DNA of 64,000 bases, taken from assembly GCA_035489715.1 (NCBI GenBank), contig DATHAP010000021.1:694-64693 (forward strand), in the 5' to 3' direction. Shown in pieces: positions 35,338 through 46,131 of this stretch. The position numbers and the translations under genes were made by a program. Within the stretch, counting starts at the first letter, position 1; every line of letters begins with the position of its first letter. The notes beneath the pieces were generated by a model, which saw nothing but the letters and a program-made list of their open reading frames with translations, searched no databases and was not told where the DNA came from. Source of the stretch: Actinomycetes bacterium (GTDB lineage: Bacteria > Actinomycetota > Actinomycetes > JACCUZ01).

Positions 35338-36648
35338 ATGCGGGCGATGGTGGTGGGGGCCGGCCCGGCGGGGCTGATGCTCGGCGGTGGCCTGGCCGGG
35401 TTGGGGGCGGAGGTCGTGGTCGTCGACCGGGACGGTGGGCCGGGCCGGGACGGGACGTGGGACCGGCGGGGGGTCATGCAGTTCGGTCACGCGCACGGCT
35501 TCCGGCCACAGGTGGCGCGGGTGCTGGGCGCGCGCTGGCCGGCCGCGCTGGCCACCTGGCGGGCGGCCGGCGCCGAGCCGGTGGAGATCGACGTGCCGGG
35601 CCTGGGCCCGGTGAGCGGCGGGATGCTGTCGCGTCGGATCGTGGTCGAGCGCGCGCTGCGCACCGCGGCAGCCCGTACGTCCGGGCTGGACGTCCGTCAG
35701 GGTGCGGTGCAGCAGCTGGTCGAGCGCGGTGGCCGGGTCGTCGGCGCGCGGGTCGACGGCCGGGTCGTCGAGGCCGACCTGGTCGTGGACGCGACCGGGC
35801 GGTCCGGTCGGCTGGGCCGGAGCGGGACCGTGCTCGGCGGTGACTGCGGCATCGCCTACGTCAACCGCACCTACCGGCTGCGGCCGGGAGCGGAGCGGGG
35901 GCCGATGTCCTCGCCGATCGCGTGGTTCGGGGCCTTCGACGGCTACCTGGTCATCGTGTTCCCGCACGAGCGCGGGCACTTCTCGGTGGTGTTCGTCCGC
36001 CCGACCGCCGACGTGGCGCTGAGGGAGCTGCGCCATGACGTCGTCTTCGACGCGGCCTGCCGGGCGGTTCCGGCGCTGGCCGTGTGGACCGACCCCGAGC
36101 GGTCGGTCCCGACCGGCCCGGCGACCGCCGGAGGCGCGCTGCGCAACACCTACCACCCGCAGCGGCTGGTGCCCGGCCTGGTGTCGGTCGGCGACGCGGT
36201 CGCGACGACCGCCCCCACCGCGGGCCGCGGCGTCGCGATGGCCGCGATGCAGGTCGACGAGCTGCTGCGGCTGCTGGGCGAGGACCCGGCCGGCGCCGCG
36301 TCGGTGGCCGAGCCCTTCGGCGCGTGGGCGGACCGCCAGATCCGGCCCTGGGTCGCCGACCACGTGACGATGGACGACGCGGCCGCGCTCCGCTGGCAGG
36401 GCCACGACGTCGACCTGTCGCAGCCGCTGCCCTCGGACCTGGTGGTGGCCGCGGCCGAGGTGGAGCCGCGCCTCCAGCCCTACGTCGGGCCCTACGCGAT
36501 GATGGCGGCGCTGCCCGCGAGCCTGGCGCCGGTCGAGCCGTTGGCCCGCGAGGTCTACCACGGCGGCTGGCGTCCGGCGCACGCCGAGGGTCCGAACCGG
36601 GACCGCCTGGCCGAGATCATCGAGGATGCCCACAGCGCCGCCGCCTGA
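35338..36648 (+). CDS. FAD-dependent monooxygenase/oxidoreductase
   Basis: N-terminal FAD fold MVVGAGPAGLMLGGGLAGLGAEVVVVDR and a DG/GD motif region. 436 aa. Confidence 0.8.
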   Translation: MRAMVVGAGPAGLMLGGGLAGLGAEVVVVDRDGGPGRDGTWDRRGVMQFGHAHGFRPQVARVLGARWPAALATWRAAGAEPVEIDVPGLGPVSGGMLSRRIVVERALRTAAARTSGLDVRQGAVQQLVERGGRVVGARVDGRVVEADLVVDATGRSGRLGRSGTVLGGDCGIAYVNRTYRLRPGAERGPMSSPIAWFGAFDGYLVIVFPHERGHFSVVFVRPTADVALRELRHDVVFDAACRAVPALAVWTDPERSVPTGPATAGGALRNTYHPQRLVPGLVSVGDAVATTAPTAGRGVAMAAMQVDELLRLLGEDPAGAASVAEPFGAWADRQIRPWVADHVTMDDAAALRWQGHDVDLSQPLPSDLVVAAAEVEPRLQPYVGPYAMMAALPASLAPVEPLAREVYHGGWRPAHAEGPNRDRLAEIIEDAHSAAA

Positions 36649-36678
36649 GCCAGCGCCGCGCACGTAGACTCCGGTCCC

Positions 36679-38538
36679 GTGGCAGGCCGGATCCGGGACG
36701 AGGACGTCGTCCTCGTCAAGGAGCGGGCCGACATCGCCGACGTCGTCGGCGACGTGGTCACCCTGCGGCCGGCCGGCGGCGGCAACTTCAAGGGGCTGTG
36801 CCCCTTCCACGACGAGAAGTCACCGTCGTTCTCGGTGCGCCCGAGCGTCGGCAGCTGGCACTGCTTCGGCTGCCAGCTCGGTGGTGACGTCATCTCCTTC
36901 GTCATGCAGATCGACCACCTGCCCTTCGCGGACGCGGTCGAGCGGTTGGCCGACCGGTTCGGCGTCCAGCTGCGCTACGACGAGGGCGGCACCGGGCCGG
37001 TGCGGCAGCACGGCAAGCGGCAGAAGCTGGTGGAGGCGCACCGGGTGGCCGCCGAGTTCTACGCCGAGCAGCTGGCGACGCCAGCGGCGGCGGCCGGGCG
37101 CCAGTTCCTCGCCGAGCGCGGCTTCGACCAGGCGGCCGCCGAGCACTTCGGCGTCGGCTTCGCGCCTCGCGACTGGGACCTGCTGACCCAGCACCTGCGG
37201 GGCCGCGGCTTCGCCACCCAGGACCTGGTGACCGGCGGCCTGACCCGGGAGGGCCAGCGCGGCCCGATCGACCGCTTCATGGCCCGGCTGCTCTGGCCGA
37301 TCCGCGACATCAGCGGCGACGTCATCGGCTTCGGCGCCCGGCGCCTCTTCGACGACGACCGCATCGAGGCCAAGTACGTCAACACGCCCGACACCCCGAT
37401 CTACAAGAAGTCCCAGGTCCTGTACGGCCTCGACCTGGCCAAGCGCGACATCGCCCGGCGGATGCAGGCGGTCGTGGTCGAGGGCTACACCGACGTCATG
37501 GCCTGCCACCTGGCCGGCGTCGGGACGGCGATCGCCACCTGCGGCACCGCGTTCGGCGACGAGCACATCAAGATCCTGCGCCGGCTGCTGATGGACCAGA
37601 ACGAGTTCCGCGGCGAGGTGGTCTTCACCTTCGACGGCGACTCGGCCGGCCAGAAGGCCGCGATGCGCGCCTTCCAGGACGACCAGAAGTTCGTCACCCA
37701 GACCTTCGTCGCGGTCGAGCCCAGCGGCATGGACCCGTGCGAGCTGCGCCAGCACAAGGGCGACACCGCGGTGCGCGACCTGGTCGCCCGCCGGGTGCCG
37801 CTCTTCGAGTTCGCGCTGCGTACGACCATCGGCCACTTCGACCTCGACACCGTCGAGGGCCGCACGCAGGCGACGCGGGCCGGCATGGACGTCGTGCGGC
37901 AGATCCGCGACGTCTCGCTGCGCAGCAACTACGCCCGGTCGCTGGCCGGGTGGATCGGCCTGGCCGACCCCGACGAGCTGGTGCGTGCCTCCCGCGGCGG
38001 TGTCGACGAGATCGGTCGCCGGGTCGCCGCCGAGCCCTCGGTGACGTCCGGCCTCGACCCGAACGACCCGGCGCTGCGGGTGGAGCGCGACAGCCTCAAG
38101 ATCGTGCTGCAGACGCCGGCGCTCGCCGGCGCGGCCTACGACGACCTCGACGACGCGGTCTACACGGCACCGGCGTACGCCGCGGTGCGCGCCGCGGTCC
38201 GCGCGGCCGGTGGGGTGGCCGAGGCCGGGGCGGGCGGGGCGACCTGGGTCGAGAAGGTCGACCTCGCAGCCGCCGACGACGGAGTGCGCGGCCTGGTGCG
38301 CGGCCTCGCCGTCGAGCCGCTGCCGGCGTCCGACCAGGGCCTTACGCGCTACGCCACCGAGGTGCTAGCGCGGCTCGAGGAGCTCGCCGCGACCCGGCGC
38401 ATCACCGAGGTGAAGTCGCGGCTGCAACGACTCAACCCGGTAGAGCAGGTCGCCGAGTACAACCGCCTGTTCGGCGAGCTGGTCGCCCTCGAGGCACACC
38501 GGAGGTCGTTGCGCGAGCGAGCGATCGGCACCCTCTGA
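36679..38538 (+). CDS. dnaG: DNA primase
   Basis: Zinc-finger [13 protein letters not shown]...[11 protein letters not shown] and TOPRIM motifs ([21 protein letters not shown]). 619 aa. Confidence 0.93.
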   Translation: MAGRIRDEDVVLVKERADIADVVGDVVTLRPAGGGNFKGLCPFHDEKSPSFSVRPSVGSWHCFGCQLGGDVISFVMQIDHLPFADAVERLADRFGVQLRYDEGGTGPVRQHGKRQKLVEAHRVAAEFYAEQLATPAAAAGRQFLAERGFDQAAAEHFGVGFAPRDWDLLTQHLRGRGFATQDLVTGGLTREGQRGPIDRFMARLLWPIRDISGDVIGFGARRLFDDDRIEAKYVNTPDTPIYKKSQVLYGLDLAKRDIARRMQAVVVEGYTDVMACHLAGVGTAIATCGTAFGDEHIKILRRLLMDQNEFRGEVVFTFDGDSAGQKAAMRAFQDDQKFVTQTFVAVEPSGMDPCELRQHKGDTAVRDLVARRVPLFEFALRTTIGHFDLDTVEGRTQATRAGMDVVRQIRDVSLRSNYARSLAGWIGLADPDELVRASRGGVDEIGRRVAAEPSVTSGLDPNDPALRVERDSLKIVLQTPALAGAAYDDLDDAVYTAPAYAAVRAAVRAAGGVAEAGAGGATWVEKVDLAAADDGVRGLVRGLAVEPLPASDQGLTRYATEVLARLEELAATRRITEVKSRLQRLNPVEQVAEYNRLFGELVALEAHRRSLRERAIGTL

Positions 38539-38626
38539 GCCTGCGCGGAGCGCGGTCTGCCCGAATGGCGAAGATCGATCTGATAAATGGCTGCGTCGGG
38601 GGCTTCGGGGGAGCAGACTGATCGTC

Positions 38627-39805
38627 GTGGGGGAGGCTGCAGTCCTACCTGACACCGTTGGGCAGACGGTGGACCGGCTCCGCGTGCAGGGCACCGGGAC
38701 CGGACTGCTCCCTGCGCAGGCGGTCGCGGCCGAAGCCACCGCCGCCGGCCTGACCCCCGAGAGCATCGACGACATCGTCGCTCGACTGGCCGAGATGGGC
38801 GTCGAGGTCGTCTCCGACGAGCCCACCGCCGAGGACCTCGCGGCGGAGGCCGTCGAGGAGGAGGCGCCGGCGCTCGACGACGCCGGGCCGGCCGCGTCTG
38901 CCGACCTGGTCCGTGTGTACCTGCGCGAGATCGGCCGGGTCGCCCTGCTCACCGCCGCCGACGAGGTCGACCTCGCGAAGCGGGTGGAGGCCGGCGTCTT
39001 CGCCGCCGAGAAGCTCGACCACGAGACCGGTCTCCCGCCCGAGCTGCGCCGTGACCTGCGCGCCATTGTCAGCGACGGGCAGCGCGCCAAGAAGCGGTTG
39101 ATCGAGGCCAACCTGCGACTCGTCGTCTCCATCGCGAAGCGCTACTCCGGGCGCGGCCTGCCCTTCCTCGACCTGATCCAGGAGGGCAACCTCGGCCTGA
39201 TCCGTGCCGTTGAGAAGTTCGACTACACCCGCGGCTTCAAGTTCTCGACGTACGCCTCCTGGTGGATCCGGCAGGCGGTCTCCCGCGCGGTCGCCGACCA
39301 GGCGCGCACAATCCGCATCCCGGTGCACATGGTCGAGACCGTCAACCGCATCCTGCGGGCACAGCGGATGCTCGTGCAGACCCTAGGTCGCGACCCGACC
39401 GCCGAGGAGATCGCCGAGCGGGTCGACCTGCCGGCCGAGCGGGTCGCAGAGATCAAGCGGCTGGCGATGGAGCCGGTGTCCCTGCACTCGCCCGTCGGCG
39501 AGGAGGAGGGGTCCGAGCTCGGGGACCTGATCGAGGACAGCGAGTCGATCCCGCCGCCCGAGCTGGTCGCCGGCGGGCTGCTGCAGAGCCACGTCGAGGC
39601 GGTGCTCGGGCACCTCGGCGAGCGCGAGCGCGAGGTCGTCCGGATGCGCTACGGCCTCACCGACGGCGAGCCGCGGACCCTGGAGGAGGTCGGCCGCGCC
39701 TTCGGCGTCACCCGCGAGCGGGTCCGTCAGATCGAGGCGAAGAGCCTGGCCAAGCTGCGCCACCCGCACCTGTCGGCGCAGCTGCGCGACTACCTCGGGA
39801 CGTGA
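38627..39805 (+). CDS. RNA polymerase sigma-70 factor, group 1/2 (RpoD/HrdB-like)
   Basis: Regions 1.2 ([15 protein letters not shown]), 2 ([19 protein letters not shown]...[12 protein letters not shown]), 3 and 4 ([17 protein letters not shown]). Immediately downstream of dnaG. Confidence 0.9.
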   Translation: MGEAAVLPDTVGQTVDRLRVQGTGTGLLPAQAVAAEATAAGLTPESIDDIVARLAEMGVEVVSDEPTAEDLAAEAVEEEAPALDDAGPAASADLVRVYLREIGRVALLTAADEVDLAKRVEAGVFAAEKLDHETGLPPELRRDLRAIVSDGQRAKKRLIEANLRLVVSIAKRYSGRGLPFLDLIQEGNLGLIRAVEKFDYTRGFKFSTYASWWIRQAVSRAVADQARTIRIPVHMVETVNRILRAQRMLVQTLGRDPTAEEIAERVDLPAERVAEIKRLAMEPVSLHSPVGEEEGSELGDLIEDSESIPPPELVAGGLLQSHVEAVLGHLGEREREVVRMRYGLTDGEPRTLEEVGRAFGVTRERVRQIEAKSLAKLRHPHLSAQLRDYLGT

Positions 39806-40299
39806 GCCCCGCGCTCTTCCGGTCGTGGCGGCGGCCACGGTCGTCGCGCGGGCCGTCACCGCTTCCCCTCCCGCCCGGTGAGCGGTTCCTGGTCGCCGCA
39901 CAGGACGCGGCCGGCGGGTGGGTCGTCGCCACCGACCGGGCTCTCGTCACCGCGGACCGCCGGCTGGCCTGGATGGACGTCGCGCACGCCCGCTGGGTCG
40001 ACGACGACGGCACCCTGACCGTCGAGCCGGTCGACCACGACCAGCCGGACTGGCGGGCCGAGCTCCCGGAGCCGGGACGGCTGCCCGAGACCGTGCACGA
40101 GCGGGTGATGGCGAGCATCGTCGTCACCCGGCGGGTCCCGGTGCCTGGCGGGTCGGTGCGCGTCGTGGGCCGTGACGGCGGCGACGGCGAGCTCAGGTGG
40201 CAGGTGGTCGCCGACCCAGGTGTGGACGGTGCGGCTGCCGACGTACGGACGGCTGCAGACTCCGCCGTCGCTGCGCTGCGCGCGGAACTGGGCCGCTGA
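39802..40299 (+). CDS. Hypothetical protein, translationally coupled to the sigma factor gene (GTGA overlap)
   Basis: About 165-aa ORF in a protein-like frame (…[28 protein letters not shown]…). No recognisable motif. Confidence 0.35.
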   Translation: MSPALFRSWRRPRSSRGPSPLPLPPGERFLVAAQDAAGGWVVATDRALVTADRRLAWMDVAHARWVDDDGTLTVEPVDHDQPDWRAELPEPGRLPETVHERVMASIVVTRRVPVPGGSVRVVGRDGGDGELRWQVVADPGVDGAAADVRTAADSAVAALRAELGR

Positions 40300-40303
40300 C
40301 GCG

Positions 40304-41359
40304 TCAGGCGGCCTTCGCGGTGCGCCGCGACGCGGGCTTGACCGGGCGGCGCAGCAGCCGCAGCACCGCGGCCTCGATCTGCCCGTGGGTCGCCGGCTGG
40401 CCGAAGCTGGCCTCGGCGCCGAGCCGCTCGAGCGACCGTTGGATCGTCACGCCGTCGTCGTAGAGGTCGAGGACGCGCGGGTCGATGTAGGAGCTGCGGC
40501 AGACGGCCGGTGTGTTGCCGAGGTACTCCGAGACCTCCTTGACCACCCGGGTCACCGCCCGCTTGCGCGCGGTCGCGGACGTCGGTGCCTGGGTGGAGAC
40601 GGCGAGCCCGACGGCGGTGAGGACGGTGGCGTGCCAGGTGCGGAAGTCCTTGGCGCTCACCTCCTCGCCGACCACCTCGCGCAGGTAGGCGTTGATGTCG
40701 GCGCTCGTCACGTCGTGCCACCCTGTGCGGTCGCGGTAGGCCAGCAGCTCCTTGCTCGGGTCGTCGCGCTTGAGCAGTGCGACGACGACCTTGCGGACGT
40801 CGTCGTCGACGAGCGCCTGCACGCGCTGCTTGCCGCTCTTGGCGACGTAGTCGAAGACCACGAGGTCACCGGTGACAGTGACGTGCTCGCGCCGCATGGT
40901 CGCCAGGCCGTACGTCCCGTTGGCCTCGGCGTAGCTCTCGCCGCCGACCCGGAAGAAGCCGAGGTCGAGCAGCCGGAAGGCCGCGGCGAGGACCCGGTTG
41001 CGCGTCAGTCCGCGCTCGGCGAGGTGCACCAGGACCTGCTCGCGCGCGGTCGGCAGACGCTTGGCGAAGGTGAGCACCCGCTCGTGCTTCTCGGCATCGC
41101 GCTGCACCCGCCACTCATCGTGGTAGCGGTACTGCCGGCGGCCCGCGGCGTCGGTGCCGAGCGCCTGGATGTGCCCGCGCGGATGAGGACAGATCCAGAC
41201 GTCCTCCCACGCCGGCGGGAGCACGAGGCCCCTGATCCGGGCCAGCGTGTCGGGATCGACGACCTTGGAGCCGTCGTGCCACTCGTAGGAGAAGCCCTTG
41301 CCGCGGCGCACCCGTCTGATGCCGGCGCCCGAGCAGTCGACGCGTCGCAGCCGTGCCAT
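40304..41359 (-). CDS. DNA topoisomerase IB (bacterial poxvirus-type TopIB)
   Basis: 351-aa protein from MARLRRVDCSGAGIRRVRRGKGFSY... with the TopIB catalytic region (SAKDFRTWHAT...) and a C-terminal active-site Tyr context (SYIDPR). Confidence 0.75.
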   Translation of the reverse strand: MARLRRVDCSGAGIRRVRRGKGFSYEWHDGSKVVDPDTLARIRGLVLPPAWEDVWICPHPRGHIQALGTDAAGRRQYRYHDEWRVQRDAEKHERVLTFAKRLPTAREQVLVHLAERGLTRNRVLAAAFRLLDLGFFRVGGESYAEANGTYGLATMRREHVTVTGDLVVFDYVAKSGKQRVQALVDDDVRKVVVALLKRDDPSKELLAYRDRTGWHDVTSADINAYLREVVGEEVSAKDFRTWHATVLTAVGLAVSTQAPTSATARKRAVTRVVKEVSEYLGNTPAVCRSSYIDPRVLDLYDDGVTIQRSLERLGAEASFGQPATHGQIEAAVLRLLRRPVKPASRRTAKAA

Positions 41360-41376
41360 CTCGCCCCCCGCCCGCG

Positions 41377-41685
41377 TCAGCTGGAGTGACCGTTGCTGCC
41401 GGCCGGCTCGGTCGTCGAGGTCGTCGTGGTGTCGTGCTGGCCGCCGAGCCAGGACGGGCGCTTCTCCTGCAGCGTCGGCACCACCCGGTCCGCCGCCTTG
41501 TCCTTGGCCGCGGACAGCGCCTCGCCGGCCTGGTGCTGCAGGCTGCTCGCGGTGCTCTGGACCGCAGGGCTCGACGCGAAGGCGCGGGCGGCCCGACTGA
41601 TCTGCTCGTACCGCGCCCGTCCGGCCCGGCTGCCCAGGACGTAACCTGTGGCGAAGCCGGCGAAGAAGGTGACCTTGGTGCGCAT
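41377..41685 (-). CDS. Hypothetical small protein
   Basis: 102 aa from MRTKVTFFAGFATGYVLGSRAGRARYEQI... with an N-terminal amphipathic or TM segment. Confidence 0.35.
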   Translation of the reverse strand: MRTKVTFFAGFATGYVLGSRAGRARYEQISRAARAFASSPAVQSTASSLQHQAGEALSAAKDKAADRVVPTLQEKRPSWLGGQHDTTTTSTTEPAGSNGHSS

Positions 41686-41824
41686 CGTCTGCTCCCGTGG
41701 ATGGGCGGCTGGAGGACATCGACAAGGGTGCCCCAGGCGTGTCGGGAGAGGGCATACCCGGGCTCTCGCACCCGACACCTTGCGATAACCTGTGCGGGTC
41801 CCCGGCCGGGCCCTGCCCGGCCGT

Positions 41825-41897
41825 TCCCGCATAGCTCAATTGGCAGAGCAACCGGCTGTTAACCGGTAGGTTCCTGGTTCGAGTCCAGGTGCGGGAG
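41825..41897 (+). tRNA. tRNA-Asn (anticodon GTT)
   Basis: Cloverleaf: acceptor TCCCGCA/TGCGGGA, anticodon stem ACCGG/CCGGT with loop CTGTTAA, T-arm CCTGG-TTCGAGT-CCAGG. Confidence 0.85.
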
Positions 41898-41913
41898 CAC
41901 CTCCATCTCACCC

Positions 41914-41987
41914 GGGGCGGTAGCTCAGCCGGTTAGAGCAGGGGACTCATAATCCCTCGGTCCCGGGTTCGAGTCCCGGCCGCCCCA
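41914..41987 (+). tRNA. tRNA-Met (anticodon CAT), elongator type (G1:C72 paired)
   Basis: Acceptor GGGGCGG/CCGCCCC, anticodon loop CTCATAA, T-arm CCGGG-TTCGAGT-CCCGG. Confidence 0.85.
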
Positions 41988-43403
41988 CATGGCCTGGCCT
42001 GGTCGCTTGTTCGTTTGGAGATCGTGAGGGCTGTCCGGAATGTCCCCAGGTGGGCACGCGGTGGGCACATGGTTGTGCCCATCAACTCGGGTGGTGGCCC
42101 TCGGGACCAGTGCCGCGGCGGCCTCGGCGGCGGCCTGCGCGACCTGTGGCATCACGCTGAGGTAGATGTCACGAGTGATCTGGGTGGTGGTGTGCCCGAG
42201 CTGCTCGGACACCACCTTGACGTCGACCCCCGCGGTGAGCGCGAGCGTCGCGGCGACGTGGCGTAAGTCGTGCAGCCGGATGGCGGGCATGTCGTGCCGG
42301 GTGACGAGCCGGTCGAAGCGCTGGGAGACTCCGTTGGGGGTCAGCGCCCGGCCGTCCTCGTGGGTGAACACGAGACCGGTCTCGGTCCAGCCCGCCCCCC
42401 AGCGCAGTCGCAGCTCGTGCTGAGCCTTGCGGTGCCGGCGAAGCACCGCGACGGTAACCGGGTCGAGGGCAACGGTGCGCTCGCTCGCCTCGCTCTTCGG
42501 TCCGTCCCAGTCCCGCTGCGACCCGGCACGGACGGTCGCGGACGCGGCATCCAGGTCGACGTCGACCCAGGACAGCCAGACCGCCTCGGATCGCCGTAGG
42601 CCGCGGAACACGAGCAGGTGCCACAGCGCGTAGAGCCGGTCATAGGCGACGGCGTCGAGGAACGCGCCCGTCTGCGTCGGTGTCCACACCATCACCGGGG
42701 AGGGCCGCCGGCCGGTGCTGCGCCACTGGACGACGCGCTCGTCAGTCCAGACAAGCGCCCGGGGCTTGCGGACCCGCTCGAGCTCGACGTAGAGCACCGG
42801 GTTGTGCGCGATCTTGCGCCGTTTCACGGCGGCGTTAAGGGCGCTGCGTGCAGTGGCGTGCACGGTGCGGATGCGGTTCGGGGTGAGCGGGCGACGTGCC
42901 TGCTTGGTGTCGGTGCGCACGGCCAACAGGCGCGTCAGCATCGCGGATGGCTTGCCTGGGCCGGGTCGGCCGATCAGCCGCATCGCGGCGTAGAGCTCCT
43001 CGAATTCGGTGTCGCGCAGGTCGGCCAGCCGGACATGCCCGAGGCCCGGCTTCAGGTAGAGCTCGATGTGGTGCTCGTAGGACGTCCGGGTCGAGGCCTT
43101 CAAGGCCAGCTTTCCGGCCATCCAGTCATCCAAGAACTGCGCGAAGGTCAGCCCGCGGTCTCTCTCGATGTGGGTGCCCTTGTGCACCTGGTCCAGGACC
43201 GCCACCATCGCGGCCTCGGCGTCACGGCGGGATTCGAACGGCCCCACCTTGACCTGACGACGACGACCGTCCACGCCACGGGGTGCGTCGTAGCGAAACC
43301 ACCAGCTGCCGTGGCCACGCTGCCCTCGCCGAGGGCAGCGTGCACCCAACTGTCGACCGGACGCGTCGCGGCAGCCGCATCGCTGCATCGTCGACCCGCG
43401 CAT
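41925..43403 (-). mobile_element. Tyrosine-type site-specific integrase (phage/ICE integrase); its 3' end overlaps the tRNA-Met gene
   Basis: N-terminus M..QRCGCRDASGRQLGARCP...GSWWFRYDAP typical of actinobacterial integrases. C-terminal catalytic R...HxxR...Y region (LHDLRHVAATLAL...TRDIYL). The ORF has no stop until inside the tRNA-Met sequence. Confidence 0.85.
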
Positions 43404-43434
43404 TGCCTGCCTCCTTGCTCGGTTGCCCTTCTTC

Positions 43435-43674
43435 CTAGCCTGCGGACGGCGGTAGGGGAAGCGCGGTCGCCGGTTCGGTGGACAGTCCGAGCAACTCGAT
43501 CAGGTACGCGGTAGGGATCTTGATCTGGTGTCCGACGCGTAGGACCGGTGTCGGGAAGTGGTCGGTGCGGATGAGCTCGTAGGCGACGGTGCGACCTATG
43601 CCGAGCACCTCGGCGGCGGTGACCACGTCGACAACGGCTGGGAGGCGGCGCACCTCGGTGGCAGTCATCGTCAT
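43435..43674 (-). CDS. Excisionase/AlpA-family helix-turn-helix DNA-binding protein
   Basis: 79 aa with LPAVVDVVTAAEVLGIGRTVAYELIRTDHFP. Located next to the integrase gene. Confidence 0.7.
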   Translation of the reverse strand: MTMTATEVRRLPAVVDVVTAAEVLGIGRTVAYELIRTDHFPTPVLRVGHQIKIPTAYLIELLGLSTEPATALPLPPSAG

Positions 43675-44020
43675 GTCTGGCTATGTGCCACGAAAGCGCT
43701 GAGGCGAGGGGTGATGCGGAAGAACACGTGGCCCTTTCCTGCGCCGACCGTGCTCGACACGCTTGCCCGTGGCAGTGATGCCCTTGCCACCGACACGGTC
43801 CGGCACGGACTGGCTGATCCCGTCTCGCCGCCGCCCTTCAAGATCCGGCACCCTGGAGCTTTAGACGCACTGCCCGGGCTTCGCCCTCACAGACCGCCCT
43901 CGACTGGGCGGACGCACGTCTCGTGTTCCTGCGGATGGGTGCGACTTGAGGTTCTTCACGCCGCGATGACAGCGCATCGGCTTCCGCACTTCCACTAACC
44001 CGCTGTGTCGTTCGTGCTGA

Positions 44021-44308
44021 TCATCGCCTTGGCCTACATGGAGCCAGGTGTCGGTAACGTTGGCGGGCGCCTTGCCTGGTGATGCCGACTGCGTCGGCCA
44101 CCACGGGCCAATTCTGCCCTTGTTCGAGGAGCCGGCGGATCTCGTCTTCGATCTCAGCGTGAAGCTCGCGTTGGCGTTCTACCGGTCGCCTGAGCTGATC
44201 CGCAGCCGTCGATCGCCCGGACCGCGGCAGCAGCGGGAGCGGTGGAGCAGAGACCGCCGAGGCAGCGGCCGGCTCCAAGAGGGTTGTTTGGCGACTTCGG
44301 GCGGTCAC
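44021..44308 (-). CDS. Small HTH DNA-binding protein (sigma-70 region 4-like)
   Basis: 95 aa with the C-terminal NWPVVADAVGITRQGARQRY helix-turn-helix. Confidence 0.45.
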   Translation of the reverse strand: MTARSRQTTLLEPAAASAVSAPPLPLLPRSGRSTAADQLRRPVERQRELHAEIEDEIRRLLEQGQNWPVVADAVGITRQGARQRYRHLAPCRPRR

Positions 44309-44505
44309 TATCCGCGGGCTCTCCGCTGCCTTGATCGCAAGTTGTGCGCGTTCGGCTCGTCGCGTGGCTTGGCCCGACTCTTGCGTCCCATGGATTCCTC
44401 GTCATGATCGTCGCTCGACTCCGTGGGTTTATGTGCGCCAGAAGTGCCCGAGCCAAGGCGTGTAGCGAGCGCTCGTCGGAGGGGCGCAAGCGGCCCCGAG
44501 GACCC

Positions 44506-44523
44506 TGACAACAACTGTTGTCA
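44506..44523. promoter_or_regulatory. Inverted repeat TGACAAC-aact-GTTGTCA sharing its 7-mer half-sites with the zupT Zur-box-like site
   Basis: Read directly from the sequence. A second IR (CACTCG...CGAGTG) lies immediately downstream. Confidence 0.35.
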
Positions 44524-44725
44524 CTCGTGATGCCAGACGAGTGAGCTGACCTGGTATCGATCTTGTCGGGTCACTTGCCTCGTGCGGTGAGGCAGTCCTC
44601 GAGACGATCGGGAGGGTGATCGGACGCCTGGACGAGAAGGGTCGACGGGGACCTCTGCCCGTGGGATCGAGGGCCGGTGAACGGGACGAGTTCGAAGGCC
44701 TCCCGTTCAGCTAGTGGTGACCTCC

Positions 44726-45922
44726 TCAGGGACCCCCGGGTACCTCAGGTGCTGGCGTGCGTGCTCGTGCTCTGCCGGCCGCCAGCGCCGCAAGTCCGGT
44801 GGTTATCGGAACTGCCGCGATGAGCCCGAGGGTGCCGACGGCGCTGCGCACGATCTCCTGGGCGATCAGCTGGTCGGACAGTGTCCGGCCGAGGGACTCG
44901 CTGCCGGCGAGGATGAGCACCAGGAGGGGCAGGGAGGCGCCCGCGTAGGCGAGCACGATGGTGTTGACGACCGATGCGATGTGGGCGCGCCCGACCCTGA
45001 TCGCGCCGCGGTAGAGCTTGGAGGGTGGGTAACTGGGGTTGGCGCGGGCCAGTTCGTCGACGGTGGCTGTCTGGGTGACGGTGACGTCGTCGAGGACGCC
45101 GAGCGCACCGATGATGATGCCGGCCAGCAGCAGGCCCCGGGTGTCGATGGAGTAGACCTCGCCGACGTAGGCCGTCGCCTCGTCCGCGACGCCGGTGAGT
45201 GAGGTCGCTTTGACGGCCGCGGCTGCCAGGACGCCGGTCAGTGCCAGGCTTGCGAGGGTGCCCAGGACGGCGACGGTCGTGGAGCGGGTCACACCGTGCG
45301 TGAGGTACAGAACGGTCAGCATGATGAATGCGGAGCCGACGACGGCCACCAGAAGGGGTGGCTTGCCGTCGAGGATCGCGGGAACCACGAAGCGCAGCAG
45401 GACGGCGAACGTGATCGCCAGGCCCGCGAGCGCGGCGAGGCCGCGCCACCGGCCGAAAGCGACGATGGCCAATGCGAACGCGGCGCAGATGACCGAGAGC
45501 TGAGTTCCGCGCTGCTGGTCGACGACCTGGTATCGCAGCTTCGCCGGCGCGCTGCGGGTGTAGGTGAGCGTCACGTCGTCACCGACGCTGACATCGGGCG
45601 CAGCTGCCCCCGCGGGAAGGTTCGCTGTCACCGTCCGCCGGTCTCCCAGCTCGACCTCGGCGGTGCCGCAGCCGGCGGGCCGTGCCTGCCCGTTTCCAGT
45701 GTTGCCCGTCGAACCGTCGGGACACGGGACCTCGTGGATCGAGGAAATGCTGCCGCTGAGGACCCGATAGTCGGCGGCCGGCGCAATGCCAGGCTGTGGC
45801 CCTGGCCACAGCAGGGCCATCATCGAGATGACCACGGCAAGTACCCCCACCAGTCCGACGACCACGAGTGCCGTTGCGCGACGGGTGTGGTGCGGCTGCG
45901 GATGGGTGTGCCTGCCGGGCAT
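44726..45922 (-). CDS. YibE/F family membrane protein
   Basis: 398 aa with multiple TM helices and YibE/F-like conserved stretches (GALGVLDDVTVTQ, VNTIVLAYAGASLP). Confidence 0.7.
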   Translation of the reverse strand: MPGRHTHPQPHHTRRATALVVVGLVGVLAVVISMMALLWPGPQPGIAPAADYRVLSGSISSIHEVPCPDGSTGNTGNGQARPAGCGTAEVELGDRRTVTANLPAGAAAPDVSVGDDVTLTYTRSAPAKLRYQVVDQQRGTQLSVICAAFALAIVAFGRWRGLAALAGLAITFAVLLRFVVPAILDGKPPLLVAVVGSAFIMLTVLYLTHGVTRSTTVAVLGTLASLALTGVLAAAAVKATSLTGVADEATAYVGEVYSIDTRGLLLAGIIIGALGVLDDVTVTQTATVDELARANPSYPPSKLYRGAIRVGRAHIASVVNTIVLAYAGASLPLLVLILAGSESLGRTLSDQLIAQEIVRSAVGTLGLIAAVPITTGLAALAAGRARARTPAPEVPGGP

Positions 45923-46131
45923 GGGTGGCTGCCTCCATCAACGGCGGGGTGAAGATTCAACGCTAGTGGCGCTGGTCGCGCCACCCGGGCGAGGGCGGCC
46001 CGCAACCCGCCAAAGGCGGGTCCCCGGACTCCGCAGGAACGGTCCGGCACCAGGACGCGCGGGCCTGCCGGCCGGGTGCGATCTGGTCGGCCCTGATCGA
46101 ACCCGGTGGGCGTTTCGGCGAAAGCCGTCCG

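Noticed and set aside
43713-43998. 95-aa plus-strand ORF (MRKNTWPFPAPTVLDTLARG...) between the xis-like and HTH genes
   Set aside because: The composition is Pro/Arg-rich with no motif, and it partially overlaps other candidate frames. There is insufficient evidence to call it a gene.
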